A DNA stretch of 64,000 bases from Rikenellaceae bacterium (GTDB taxonomy: Bacteria; Bacteroidota; Bacteroidia; Bacteroidales; Rikenellaceae): NCBI GenBank assembly GCA_015059735.1, contig SUZX01000004.1, positions 34,844-98,843 on the forward strand, written 5' to 3'. Positions 19,986 to 29,373 of this stretch are shown here, piece after piece (within the stretch, counting starts at the first letter, position 1; each line of letters starts with the position of its first letter). A model generated the notes under the pieces. That model did no database searches. It was not told the DNA's origin and saw only the letters and a list, made by a program, of their open reading frames with translations. The translations under genes and the position numbers were made by a program.

Positions 19986-21713
19986 TTACTCCTCCGATGC
20001 GCACCATCTCTTTACCTCGTCGATCGAGGGGGCTTTCAATCCGAGCTTGTTCTTCTTATTGAACCCACAAAGATCGTTGAAGAATTTGCCCGCAGCCAAT
20101 TTTTTGAGCGAGTCAACCGTAACATACCCCATCTTCTGAATTACTTCAACCCACTCCTCGGGAATACCGATTTCGGTATATTTCTCTACGGAATCGACGG
20201 TCGGTTTCTTCTCCGGACGCATCGTCGGGAAGAAGAGCACATCTTGAATCGAACTTTGCCCCGTCATAAACATCGTCAGACGGTCGATACCCATACCCAT
20301 ACCCGAGCAGTTGGGCATACCGTATTCCAATGCACGAACAAAGTCCATATCGATAAACATCGCCTCGTCGTCACCACGCTCCGAAAGTTTCATCTGCTCT
20401 TGGAAACGCTCCAACTGATCAATCGGATCGTTCAACTCCGAGTAAGCGTTGCAAAGTTCTTTGCCAGCTACGAACAACTCGAAACGCTCGGTAAGCTCTT
20501 TGTTCTCGCGGTGGCGTTTGCAGAGCGGCGACATCTCGATCGGATAGTCGCAGATGAAAGTCGGTTGCACAAGATCCCCTTCGCAGTATTGCCCGAAGAT
20601 CGCATCGATCAACTTGCCTTTACCCATCGTCTCGTCGATCTCGACATTCAGTTGTTTGCAGGCCTCACGCAACTGCTCTTCGGACTGACCGGTGATGTCG
20701 TAGCCGGTTTTTTCGCGGATCGCATCAGTCATCGTAAGACGACGGAACGGAGCTTTGAATGATACGGCTTTGCCATCGATCTCCAACTCGGTTGTGCCAT
20801 TAACGGCTACGGCGACCCGTTCGAGCATCTGCTCGGTGAACTCCATCATCCACTTGTAATCTTTATAGGCGATGTAAATCTCCATGCAGGTAAACTCAGG
20901 GTTGTGCGTGCGGTCCATACCTTCGTTGCGGAAATTTTTACCGAACTCATAAACACCGTTGAAACCACCGACAATCAATCGTTTCAAATAAAGTTCCGTA
21001 GCGATACGCATGTAAAAATCGATATCCAATGCGTTGTGATGAGTAATGAACGGACGCGCCGAAGCTCCACCCGGGATGGGCTGCAAAATCGGAGTCTCAA
21101 CCTCCAAGCACCCCTGCTCGTTGAAATAGTTGCGCATCGTCGAGATGATCTTGGCACGTTTGACAAAAACATCGCGCACTTTGGGATTGACCACCAAATC
21201 GACATAACGTTGCCGGTAGCGCACCTCGGGGTCGGTCAAAGCATCAAATTGCTGACCGTCTTTCTCTTTAACAATAGGCAACGGCCGAATCGACTTCGAG
21301 AGTACGGTGAATTGGCGGCAGTGTACCGACAATTCGCCAGTATTGGTACGGAAAGCAAACCCCTCAACACCGATAAAATCACCAATATCCAACAACTTTT
21401 TGAATACTGTATTATATAGTGTAGGATCGCCTTCGGGACAGATGTCATCGCGACGGATATAGACCTGAATACGGCCCGTATGATCTTGTAATTCAAAGAA
21501 CGAGGCACTACCCATGATGCGGCGCGACATGATGCGACCGGCGATACGGACCTCCTGATAATTCTTTTTCTCTTCGTCGTAGTTAGCTGCGATTTCTGCG
21601 GCTGTTGCCGTAACATCGTAACGTGCGGCGGGATAAGGCTCGATGCCTAACTCGCGGAGAGCTGTGAGCGACTGCCGGCGAAGTTGTTCTTGTTCACTGA
21701 GTTCGATTGCCAT
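19986..21713 (-). CDS. lysS: Lysine--tRNA ligase (class II) with C-terminal extension
   Basis: The 575-aa product has an OB-fold N-terminus and class II motifs (FRNEG, GMGIDRL). Confidence 0.95.
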   Translation of the reverse strand: MAIELSEQEQLRRQSLTALRELGIEPYPAARYDVTATAAEIAANYDEEKKNYQEVRIAGRIMSRRIMGSASFFELQDHTGRIQVYIRRDDICPEGDPTLYNTVFKKLLDIGDFIGVEGFAFRTNTGELSVHCRQFTVLSKSIRPLPIVKEKDGQQFDALTDPEVRYRQRYVDLVVNPKVRDVFVKRAKIISTMRNYFNEQGCLEVETPILQPIPGGASARPFITHHNALDIDFYMRIATELYLKRLIVGGFNGVYEFGKNFRNEGMDRTHNPEFTCMEIYIAYKDYKWMMEFTEQMLERVAVAVNGTTELEIDGKAVSFKAPFRRLTMTDAIREKTGYDITGQSEEQLREACKQLNVEIDETMGKGKLIDAIFGQYCEGDLVQPTFICDYPIEMSPLCKRHRENKELTERFELFVAGKELCNAYSELNDPIDQLERFQEQMKLSERGDDEAMFIDMDFVRALEYGMPNCSGMGMGIDRLTMFMTGQSSIQDVLFFPTMRPEKKPTVDSVEKYTEIGIPEEWVEVIQKMGYVTVDSLKKLAAGKFFNDLCGFNKKNKLGLKAPSIDEVKRWCASEE

Positions 21714-21747
21714 ATAGCGTATTTTTATTGATTACGGTTTAACCGCG

Positions 21748-21755
21748 CAAAATTA
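21748..21755 (-). promoter_or_regulatory. Candidate -7 box (TAATTTTG) for lysS
   Basis: The plus strand reads CAAAATTA about 35 nt upstream of the lysS ATG. Confidence 0.35.
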
Positions 21756-21852
21756 CAAAAAAATACCCAAAATAACAAACCGCACCACCCAAACGGCTCT
21801 ACTTCGATCGAAAGAATATATCGGGTAATTTGGATATGTTTTTCGTATTTTA

Positions 21853-21860
21853 TATATTTG
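21853..21860 (+). promoter_or_regulatory. Candidate -7 box (TATATTTG) for the esterase-like lipoprotein gene
   Basis: This is a TAnnTTTG match about 30 nt upstream of the ATG at 21891. Confidence 0.4.
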
Positions 21861-21890
21861 CCTAATAATTTTATTAAATTTAATTCAGCC

Positions 21891-23045
21891 ATGATGAAAA
21901 AGATTTTATTGATCGCAGCACTCCTTATATCGGCCTCTTTGTATATCGGCTGCTCGGAAGGTAGTTCAGACCCCGAAGGAGGAGAGCAACCCGCTCCCAA
22001 TCCCAATCCCAATCCCAATCCGACACCAACGCCAACGCCGACGCCGACCCCCAATCCGACGCCAACGATTACTTATCAGGTTGCCGACAAGTCGGCATAT
22101 CATTATCCCGAAGGACATGCCTACGCCGGTCAACTTGTGCGTGGAGCCACGTCAACCAATGTGACAAAATATAGTTTTGACCTCATTTACATAGGATTGC
22201 CGACAAAACCCGTGCGCATTCATTATTACATCCCCAAAACAGGTGATGTGACAACAATGCCCGTTCTCTTTTCGATGCATGGTGCCGAACGTTCGGCAAC
22301 CGTACAGACCAACGCATGGGATAGCTATGCTGAAAAATACGGTTTTATTGTAATCGCACCGGAATTCCCTAAATCCTCGACCGTTGCAGAATGGGGTTAT
22401 TCCGAGAGCTATAACGAAAATGCCTATCAGTTTGGCAATGTGACGACATCCTCGGGAAGCAAGACCTGCAACCCCGAAGAAAAGTGGGCATACAACGTAA
22501 TTGAGGCAGCGTTTGATCATTTCAAAGCGGCTGTCGGAGGAACTCAGACAAAGTACCGCATGTTCGGGCATTCGGCCGGTGCGCAGTTTGTGCATCGTAT
22601 GGTTATGATGATGCCCAATGCCCGCATTGAACGTGCCTGCGCCGCATCGCCAAGTGCTTGGACCTATCCTCATCCCGAAGGATTGAAGATTTCGTCGACA
22701 CAGGCCATTGGATGGCCCTATTCACCGCTTAACACCCCGCGAGCCAACGATGATGACATGCGCACATTCCTGCAAAAGAAGATGCTTATCATGGTTGGAG
22801 ATAAGGATACGACAAGCGAATCGTTGGATGTCAGTGATGCCGCCAACTATCAAGGTCCCAACCGCTATGAGCGCCTATTAGCTTACGATTATGCCTGCCA
22901 GTTACGCGCTGCGGAATTAGGTGTCACGTGTGCCTTTGAGAAGATGGTAGTCGAAGGGAAAGGTCATGGCACCACCGGTATGGTCGATGGCGACAGCAAA
23001 GGCCACAACGCATATAGTTGGTTATTCTCGGATCTTATCAAATAA
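21891..23045 (+). CDS. Alpha/beta-hydrolase (esterase/depolymerase-like) lipoprotein with a Pro-Asn/Pro-Thr linker
   Basis: The product has a lipoprotein signal (MMKKILLIAALLISASLYIGC), a PNPNPNPNPTPTPTPTPNPTPT linker and a GHSAGAQF nucleophile elbow (GxSxG). The ORF-track start at 21858 is a TTG. The ATG at 21891 fits the signal peptide. Confidence 0.7.
   Translation: MMKKILLIAALLISASLYIGCSEGSSDPEGGEQPAPNPNPNPNPTPTPTPTPTPNPTPTITYQVADKSAYHYPEGHAYAGQLVRGATSTNVTKYSFDLIYIGLPTKPVRIHYYIPKTGDVTTMPVLFSMHGAERSATVQTNAWDSYAEKYGFIVIAPEFPKSSTVAEWGYSESYNENAYQFGNVTTSSGSKTCNPEEKWAYNVIEAAFDHFKAAVGGTQTKYRMFGHSAGAQFVHRMVMMMPNARIERACAASPSAWTYPHPEGLKISSTQAIGWPYSPLNTPRANDDDMRTFLQKKMLIMVGDKDTTSESLDVSDAANYQGPNRYERLLAYDYACQLRAAELGVTCAFEKMVVEGKGHGTTGMVDGDSKGHNAYSWLFSDLIK
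21996..22068 (+). repeat. In-frame hexanucleotide microsatellite (cccaat x4, then ccRacR variants) encoding the (PN)n(PT)n linker
   Basis: The repeat is read directly from the sequence. Confidence 0.9.
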
Positions 23046-23104
23046 ATAGCATAATCTATAACCCCATTCTACTGCGTGTAAAATGGGGTTTTACTATTAA
23101 ATTT

Positions 23105-23485
23105 ATGGAAATTAAAAGCCGTTTCGATCATTTCAACATCAATGTCACCGATCTCGACCGCAGCCTTGTTTTCTATAACAAAGCATTGGGGCTTAAAGAG
23201 ATCAAGCGTAAAGAGGCTTCCGATGGCCGTTTCATTTTAGTCTATTTGGGTGATGGCGAGACCGGATTCCGGTTGGAACTCACATGGCTGCGCGACCATG
23301 CCGCCACGCCATATGAATTGGGCGAGAATGAAAGTCATCTTTGCGTTCGTGTGGCCGGCGACTACGATGCCATTCGCGAGTACCATCGCGAGATGGGATG
23401 TCTCTGCTACGAAAACGAGGAGATGGGCCTCTATTTCATCAACGATCCCGATGACTATTGGATTGAGGTGTTGCCCCTAAAATAA
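23105..23485 (+). CDS. VOC family protein (glyoxalase I-like)
   Basis: The product reads MEIKSRFDHFNINVTDLDRSLVFYNKALGL...HLCVRV...YWIEVL. The start is trimmed to the ATG at 23105. Confidence 0.75.
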   Translation: MEIKSRFDHFNINVTDLDRSLVFYNKALGLKEIKRKEASDGRFILVYLGDGETGFRLELTWLRDHAATPYELGENESHLCVRVAGDYDAIREYHREMGCLCYENEEMGLYFINDPDDYWIEVLPLK

Positions 23486-23493
23486 TCAATGTC

Positions 23494-24081
23494 ATGAAAC
23501 AACCATCCGACGTTCAGTTACAACAAGAGGTCGAACGTGCCATAGAAGTATTGAAAGCCGGTGGAATCATACTCTATCCCACCGACACGGTATGGGGGTT
23601 GGGATGTGACGCCACCAATACCGATGCGGTAGCTAAAATCTATGCCTTGAAGCGTAGTGAGAATAAAAAGTCGATGTTGGTGCTTTGCGCCTCGGCCGAC
23701 ATGGTTGTCCGCTATGTGAATAAAGCTCCGGCAATCGCTTTCGAAGTGATGGAGTTGGCCACATCACCCCTTACATTGATTCTTTCGGGAGCTGTGGGTA
23801 TCGCCGAAAACTTAATTCCCGAAGAGGGCACACTCGGAGTTCGCGTTCCCGACCATGCTTTCTGCCAACAATTGTTGCGACGATTCGGACGTCCGATAGT
23901 TTCCACATCGGCCAATATCTCCGGAGAAAATACGCCTACAAACCTACCGGATATCGCCCACGAAATCATCGAAGGTGCCGATTTTGTCGTCAATCCCCGA
24001 TTCGAGGGTCACCCGACCCGCAAAGCCTCGTCGATCATCGCGTTTGGTGAAGGTGGAGAGGTAAAAATCATTCGCGAATAA
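23494..24081 (+). CDS. tsaC: L-threonylcarbamoyladenylate synthase (TsaC/YrdC/Sua5 family)
   Basis: The 195-aa product contains ILYPTDTVWGLGCDA, RVP.H and VSTSANISG motifs. Confidence 0.85.
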   Translation: MKQPSDVQLQQEVERAIEVLKAGGIILYPTDTVWGLGCDATNTDAVAKIYALKRSENKKSMLVLCASADMVVRYVNKAPAIAFEVMELATSPLTLILSGAVGIAENLIPEEGTLGVRVPDHAFCQQLLRRFGRPIVSTSANISGENTPTNLPDIAHEIIEGADFVVNPRFEGHPTRKASSIIAFGEGGEVKIIRE

Positions 24082-24084
24082 TTC

Positions 24085-24480
24085 ATGGCACGAACAATAG
24101 AAACGCCTATACAACAACGTTTTTCGGATATCGATCCGTTTAACCATGTCAATAATGTTGCCCAACAGATGTATTTCGATACGGGTAAATTAGACTATTA
24201 TAAATCGATCTTCGGGCAAGATGTATTGCTCGGCAATTTGCGCATTGTGGCTGTATCCACATCAACCTCCTATATACAGCAGGTACGAATGTATGCTCCG
24301 GTGCGGGTGACCACCACTTGTGAGCATGTCGGCAACAAAAGTCTGACCCTCTTTCAACAACTCTTTGCCGGCAACCAACTTTGCAGCGAGAGTCGCTCGG
24401 TCATGGTCGTATTCGACTTCTCTACCCAGCAGGGGATTCCGGTTTCGGAGGAGTGGCGGCAGTTGCTGTTGGGCGAATAG
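24085..24480 (+). CDS. Acyl-CoA thioesterase (hotdog fold, 4HBT-like)
   Basis: The 131-aa product has an N-terminal RFSDIDPFNHVNNV motif. Confidence 0.7.
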   Translation: MARTIETPIQQRFSDIDPFNHVNNVAQQMYFDTGKLDYYKSIFGQDVLLGNLRIVAVSTSTSYIQQVRMYAPVRVTTTCEHVGNKSLTLFQQLFAGNQLCSESRSVMVVFDFSTQQGIPVSEEWRQLLLGE

Positions 24481-25387
24481 GTTGTGCCAATCCGTGCCGA
24501 AGAGTGTACCGATACCCAACCACAACCACAATAACCCCTACGAAAATCAATCCAGTGGCAATGATATTCGTCATGTCGAAATGCGCCTGCCCGCGCCAAA
24601 GGGCCAAAATCCCGGCGGTAAGAGGCTGAATATAGCGATATAACGCCGTATGTACCGAGGTGAGTTTCTCAGCTCCTCGGTAAAGCAGATACATGGGTAA
24701 AACCGTTCCCAAGATAAGAATATAGGCCAACTCTCCTTGTGCCGACAATGGTAGCCGCTGAAAAGCGGTATGATCAATATATCGCCAAAAGAAAGGGGTC
24801 GAGATCGCCAATCCGATGATATAATACCATCCCATGACAACCAATGTCCCGAGTCGTTCGAGTTGCGGCTTGATAATCACTGTATTGACAGCAATTGCAA
24901 CGACTGCAACAAGCACCAACAGATTACCATAGGCACGGCTGCCATGAATCGGAATAAAGCCCTCACCGAAAATCAAGATCCCCGCACCAATCAATGCACA
25001 ACAAATTCCGAATATCCGCATGCGGATATATTGGTGCGGATGTATGATATGGTCGGCAATGAGCGTAAATGCCGGACCGAGTGTCGCAATTACCGACGCA
25101 TCGATCGGGGTGGTATAAGAGGATCCCCAAAGCAACATATACAACCACCCATATATGATTAGCAGCGTAACAATCAGTATATTACGCAAGTCGCGCCACG
25201 TTATACGATAACTGTAACGCGAAAAGATGGCAAAGGGGATGAAAAATACGGCACCGGCAAGCACCTGCAACATGAAGATCTGCTCAAAATCGAGGTAGTT
25301 GCGAATGAGTGAGACATAAAACGAAAAGTTCGCCCCGAAAAAGAGATTGGCGAAGATCAAATCGTAGTGATAGTGCGTATTTTTCAA
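24422..25387 (-). CDS. DMT superfamily (EamA-like) transporter
   Basis: The 321-aa product has about 10 hydrophobic helices. Its 3' end overlaps the convergent thioesterase gene by 59 nt. Confidence 0.75.
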   Translation of the reverse strand: MKNTHYHYDLIFANLFFGANFSFYVSLIRNYLDFEQIFMLQVLAGAVFFIPFAIFSRYSYRITWRDLRNILIVTLLIIYGWLYMLLWGSSYTTPIDASVIATLGPAFTLIADHIIHPHQYIRMRIFGICCALIGAGILIFGEGFIPIHGSRAYGNLLVLVAVVAIAVNTVIIKPQLERLGTLVVMGWYYIIGLAISTPFFWRYIDHTAFQRLPLSAQGELAYILILGTVLPMYLLYRGAEKLTSVHTALYRYIQPLTAGILALWRGQAHFDMTNIIATGLIFVGVIVVVVGYRYTLRHGLAQPIRPTATAATPPKPESPAG

Positions 25388-25442
25388 CTTTTTTTGATAC
25401 GATTAATTATCAATCAAATCCATGCACAATATCACTGCGAGA

Positions 25443-26105
25443 TCATCGGGTCTCGATCCTGATGAATTGTTTTCCATCAGTCAGACAGAACGGACAAAAA
25501 GTGTCGTAATCGACTGTTGTGTAGATATTGCCACAAGTTGGACAGATCAGGTAACCACCACTCCCCTCCGCTCCGGAGTCGATCGTTTGTCGGTGACGTT
25601 CCAACAACTGCAAATGCACCCGATCGCCGGCCGCCGCCCAAACAAGAGTCCGTGCGGCATAACGGTTGCCGTGCTTCAATGCCCGACGAACAGCCTTGTC
25701 GCCTCCTAATTGTCGATTGTATTGCTCATAGGCAACACTTCGGTCGATATTGTCGGCTGTCGTGCTATGAAACACCACGATTTTGCTTGGAGGCGCATAG
25801 CGACCGCCCAAACGAACAATGGCATCGGCACAATTTTTCTCTTGAATACGGGCGGCATAGGCCATTGCGCGAAAGAGTTGTGCGCTTGCAACCGCCATCT
25901 CCTCATCCGCAACGAGGGCAAAATGATCGTATTGATTGGCTTTTATGAATTTATACCGGCTGCACACCTCCAAATCGGCAACCACCTCCTGCCACATATT
26001 CGGTGGCGATGTTTTCGGCGCACGCGTAGCGGCGTAATAGATCCATACAAGTATGCCAATCGACACAACAAACAGGAGCAGAGTGAATAACGGACGCAGT
26101 TTCAT
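25443..26105 (-). CDS. Membrane-anchored rubrerythrin/ferritin-like protein with C-terminal CxxC...CxxC zinc ribbon (tentative)
   Basis: The product has an N-terminal transmembrane helix. A helical region (LFRAMAYAARIQEKNCADAI) resembles the rubrerythrin ExxH helix with substitutions. The C-terminus reads ICPTCGNIY...FCPFC. Confidence 0.4.
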   Translation of the reverse strand: MKLRPLFTLLLFVVSIGILVWIYYAATRAPKTSPPNMWQEVVADLEVCSRYKFIKANQYDHFALVADEEMAVASAQLFRAMAYAARIQEKNCADAIVRLGGRYAPPSKIVVFHSTTADNIDRSVAYEQYNRQLGGDKAVRRALKHGNRYAARTLVWAAAGDRVHLQLLERHRQTIDSGAEGSGGYLICPTCGNIYTTVDYDTFCPFCLTDGKQFIRIETR

Positions 26106-26267
26106 GGTGATATCTCATAGTGATCTTTGCGGTGCATTTTCTATGCCACTTGTCGAATTTCAGGTATGGCAAAAAACTTTTTTCATTCGAGATTTGGAGA
26201 TATTATTCAGAATATCTATTTTTACATTTTGTTCTGTTAAGAATCGCAGAGAGAACAATTGTTATTT

Positions 26268-26750
26268 ATGAAATTCAGTATGAAATATTTGGCTGTGGTG
26301 CTTTGCACTTTATTCTTATTGACCGGTTGCGGAGGCTCTTCCGACGCCGATGGCGGCGGGGGTTCAACCAATCCCTCAACGATTTTTCTATCAGGAGAAT
26401 GGATGTTATCTTCCTATGCCGGAGATGATTCGATTGCCGGATCGGTCTATTTGTCATTCGGGAATAGTACATTTACCCTCTATCAGCACATCAATACTCC
26501 CGAATTCAGTCGCTATGTGGGTTATTACGATGCAAAAAAGCTCGACAACCGAATCTACCTGACCGGCTCCTATTCGGATGGCGCAACATGGGGAGAGTCG
26601 GAATATACTGGCGTAATCACCGAAACGACTCTCACATTAACCGGATCGGATTCGGGGTTGGTATCGATATACACAAAAACCCGAATTCCCGACCATATAA
26701 AATCGACAACCTCTGCAACCACCACAACTGCAGCTCTTCCGTTTTTATAG
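26268..26750 (+). CDS. Small lipoprotein (lipocalin-like?), function unknown
   Basis: The product has a lipoprotein signal (MKFSMKYLAVVLCTLFLLTGC). The start is trimmed to the ATG at 26268. Confidence 0.55.
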   Translation: MKFSMKYLAVVLCTLFLLTGCGGSSDADGGGGSTNPSTIFLSGEWMLSSYAGDDSIAGSVYLSFGNSTFTLYQHINTPEFSRYVGYYDAKKLDNRIYLTGSYSDGATWGESEYTGVITETTLTLTGSDSGLVSIYTKTRIPDHIKSTTSATTTTAALPFL

Positions 26751-26795
26751 CCGAGAGTCCCTACACTCTCGACATGCAAGTAAATGATCCTAACT

Positions 26796-26830
26796 GACAA
26801 AAACTGCGCCCCTCCGAAAAGAGGGGCGCA
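26796..26830 (-). terminator. Terminator of the 756-aa lipoprotein gene
   Basis: A 10-bp GC-rich stem (tgcgcccctc/gaggggcgca) is followed on the minus strand by GTTTTTGTC. Confidence 0.7.
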
Positions 26831-26852
26831 ATCGCATTAGATAGTTTGGTTA

Positions 26853-29123
26853 TTAATAAACATCAACACCGTCAACTACGACGTTGAGTTTATCTTTACC
26901 CATAGAGTTCTTATTTGCCCAAAGAGTCGTACCGGTATTGATACCTTTATCATTGATTTCGTAACCATTAACCGTTGTATTGTTTACGATCAACTCATAC
27001 GACTTGTTATAGTCGTTACCAATCTCGATAGCAGCTTTCAAATCGGTTAGGCCGCCGTTATCATTGAACACGCAGGTATCGATGGTAAGTTTAGTGTTGG
27101 CTGTACCATAGAGCAACACAGCTTTACCGTCGGAATTGAACGTACATCCCGTGAACGTAGCTTCCGGTGCGCCCCATGTCCAAACATTATATTGATCACC
27201 CGACTGATTGAATGTGCACTTTTCAAAGGAGCTTGTGCCATTCAAGCAATAGCAGTTCTCAAAAGCGCAATCGATGTAGTTTGCACTCAAACGGGCATAG
27301 CCGGCATAGGTTTTCCCATTTGTAGAGATAGTAACCCCCTTGAATGTAACCGTCGAGCCATCTAAACCATAATCTAATTGACCTCCGGCCTCACCCTGTG
27401 CACCGCCAACAACCTTAATTACGACATTCTTAGAGCCTTGAACGGTAAAAGTTTTTCCACCACAGCCTTCAATGTCATATTCGCCATCAAGCATATAAAT
27501 ATTTGTTTTACCTGCGGCTACGGCCGACTTCAATTCAGCGGCATTGGCAACTACGTCCATATCACCGGAAATAACATACCATTTGCTACCACTCTTCACG
27601 GCTTGATAGCCATCTGCCACCCAAGTCGAAGGATCGAAACCAAACGTACCACCGGTGATGATAACATCTCCATCGCCCAAGATACCGGCAGTATAACCGC
27701 TACGAGTCGAAGCTTTGCCGAATGTGCCACCCTTTACATAAACAGTTGTCCCTGTGCCTGCATAGATATAAGCACGCTTTTGATTCTGCGTTCTATTCCA
27801 ATCAAAATTACCGTCATTGATCGTAACCGAACTGCCGGCACCTTCCAAATAGAACAAATATCGACCGCTTGTACTTGTGGTATTCACATCCAAATTACCA
27901 CTGTTGAAGATAAGGCTTGCTCCATTTGTAACGGCAATGGCACCACCTTTCGAATAGATATTACCGTCATTTCCATTGATGGTTGTAGTACCATTACGAA
28001 CAATGATTCCGTAATCTGAAGCCGAACCTCCGGTGTAAGTTGCATCATCTGCGATGTTCAAAGTGAAATCGGCATATACGTTTAGGTAGTTCAATGTAAC
28101 ATCTTCGGCCAAAGTTATTTCACCACCGTTTATCGCCGCAAGTTCAAGGTCAGTATATTCAAGCACACGCTCATTGTCGAAAACGGGATCAACCTCAATG
28201 TTGATACTGGTATTTGTCGTAAGGATGTTACCCTTAACCGTTGTCAACCAGTTACGTGTTACGGGAACATCGGTCTTTACCGAGAACGTGCGAATCGACG
28301 TGTTATCTTTTGCCAAAGCAATGTCGAAATGAATCGGATATTGCTCGGCAACACCCCACAAATAATCTACATAGAGCGTCTTATCGGCAATGGTTGCACC
28401 CTCATTGGCGTAGTCGTTGATCGCTGCGGTGTACTCCATAGTCGTGTTCGAGCCGGTCAATGCTCCGGTCAACAGGTTCATTCCCGTGTAGAGCGTCGTG
28501 TTAGTGTAGGTGATCGTTGCTTTGTTCGGCACATCGGCTTTTTGGATAGCATCTTCATTCCAGTCGGTAGTTACAACACGTACTTTTCCGAACGGACGTT
28601 TCAGAACAAGGCTTACGTTGTCGTTCTCTTTTACAGTGATCGACTTAACCACGAAATATGCATCGCGGGTCTCGTCGTTGATGGCGCGAGCATCTTTCTC
28701 CGTAATGGCGGGGAAATTCGAGGTGTCGTAGTGCCAATCCTCTGTCGAGCCGGCACTCTGTGCAAAGTCGGCCCATGCTACGAACGTATAGGTGTGATTC
28801 GGAATCAGGCGCACCTGTGTCGAGGTGGTTGTTCCGGCTGTCCACGTATCGAGTTTCTTAACAAATGTGAGGTTTGTGTCGCCGTTGGCGATATCACCCT
28901 CATAGATGCTGAGGATGTAACGAATGTTGTTGTCGATGGCAACATTCACAACACCTCCCTTGTCGCTACTGCTCAACATCGCGGAGCGTACTCCGACGTT
29001 TTGCGGTACCGAAGTGGTTACCGTTACGAGCGTCTCACCGGTAGAACCGCCGAGGGTCTCATCTTTTTGGCAGGAGCTCAAAAGCATTCCGGCTGCTGCC
29101 ATGATCAAAAATAGTTTCTTCAT
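26853..29123 (-). CDS. Large surface lipoprotein: fimbrillin-like N-terminal region plus C-terminal beta-helix-like repeats (tentative)
   Basis: The product has a lipoprotein signal (MKKLFLIMAAAGMLLSSC). The N-terminal ~300 aa resemble Bacteroidales fimbrillin/Mfa-like folds. The C-terminal half is rich in short G/N/T-containing beta-strand repeats (GGSASDYGIIVRNGTTTINGNDGNIYSKGGAIAVTNGASLIFNSGNLDV...). Confidence 0.5.
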   Translation of the reverse strand: MKKLFLIMAAAGMLLSSCQKDETLGGSTGETLVTVTTSVPQNVGVRSAMLSSSDKGGVVNVAIDNNIRYILSIYEGDIANGDTNLTFVKKLDTWTAGTTTSTQVRLIPNHTYTFVAWADFAQSAGSTEDWHYDTSNFPAITEKDARAINDETRDAYFVVKSITVKENDNVSLVLKRPFGKVRVVTTDWNEDAIQKADVPNKATITYTNTTLYTGMNLLTGALTGSNTTMEYTAAINDYANEGATIADKTLYVDYLWGVAEQYPIHFDIALAKDNTSIRTFSVKTDVPVTRNWLTTVKGNILTTNTSINIEVDPVFDNERVLEYTDLELAAINGGEITLAEDVTLNYLNVYADFTLNIADDATYTGGSASDYGIIVRNGTTTINGNDGNIYSKGGAIAVTNGASLIFNSGNLDVNTTSTSGRYLFYLEGAGSSVTINDGNFDWNRTQNQKRAYIYAGTGTTVYVKGGTFGKASTRSGYTAGILGDGDVIITGGTFGFDPSTWVADGYQAVKSGSKWYVISGDMDVVANAAELKSAVAAGKTNIYMLDGEYDIEGCGGKTFTVQGSKNVVIKVVGGAQGEAGGQLDYGLDGSTVTFKGVTISTNGKTYAGYARLSANYIDCAFENCYCLNGTSSFEKCTFNQSGDQYNVWTWGAPEATFTGCTFNSDGKAVLLYGTANTKLTIDTCVFNDNGGLTDLKAAIEIGNDYNKSYELIVNNTTVNGYEINDKGINTGTTLWANKNSMGKDKLNVVVDGVDVY

Positions 29124-29281
29124 GATGTGAAAAATTGATTAAATTAGGTAAAAAATATATATAGGTATCTCTATTCTCCGACTCACAAATACGACATTTC
29201 GAACAATCAAAAGAAATCGTTTCAAAGACTAAAAATATCGCTTTCTAAAAATCTAACAAATTGATATTCCGAACTCCACGA

Positions 29282-29312
29282 CAAATGTATGTCAAAAAAT
29301 CTAAACTTCAAA
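29282..29312 (-). promoter_or_regulatory. Candidate promoter of the 756-aa lipoprotein gene: -33 TTTG, 19-nt spacer, -7 TACATTTG
   Basis: On the plus strand CAAATGTA lies at 29282-29289 and CAAA at 29309-29312. The spacer is exactly 19 nt, which matches the Bacteroides consensus architecture. Confidence 0.45.
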
Positions 29313-29318
29313 ATTTAT

Positions 29319-29329
29319 GGGGGGGGGGG
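29319..29329. repeat. Homopolymer tract G11 (C11 on the minus strand)
   Basis: The tract is counted directly. It lies 6 nt upstream of the -33 element above. Confidence 0.95.
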
Positions 29330-29339
29330 ATTTTTAGAC

Positions 29340-29373
29340 TTTTTGATGAAAAAATACACTTTTTCATCAAAAA
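29340..29373. repeat. Perfect 14-bp inverted repeat (tttttgatgaaaaa / tttttcatcaaaaa) with a 6-nt loop
   Basis: The repeat is read directly. It lies 10 nt from the G11 tract. Confidence 0.9.

Noticed and set aside
21858-21890. N-terminal extensions offered by the ORF track at 21858, 23018, 26259, 45265, 47735, 18950 and 63649.
   Set aside because: In each case an internal ATG sits immediately before a signal peptide or the conserved N-terminus and is preceded by a TAnnTTTG box or AT-rich leader. The extensions also overlap neighbouring genes or promoters.
24422-24480. The 59-nt convergent overlap of the thioesterase and EamA transporter 3' ends, considered as a possible annotation error or regulatory antisense.
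   Set aside because: Both frames read through cleanly to their stops. The overlapping tails are non-conserved C-terminal extensions. This is plausible but unremarkable, and I cannot judge it further without homologues.
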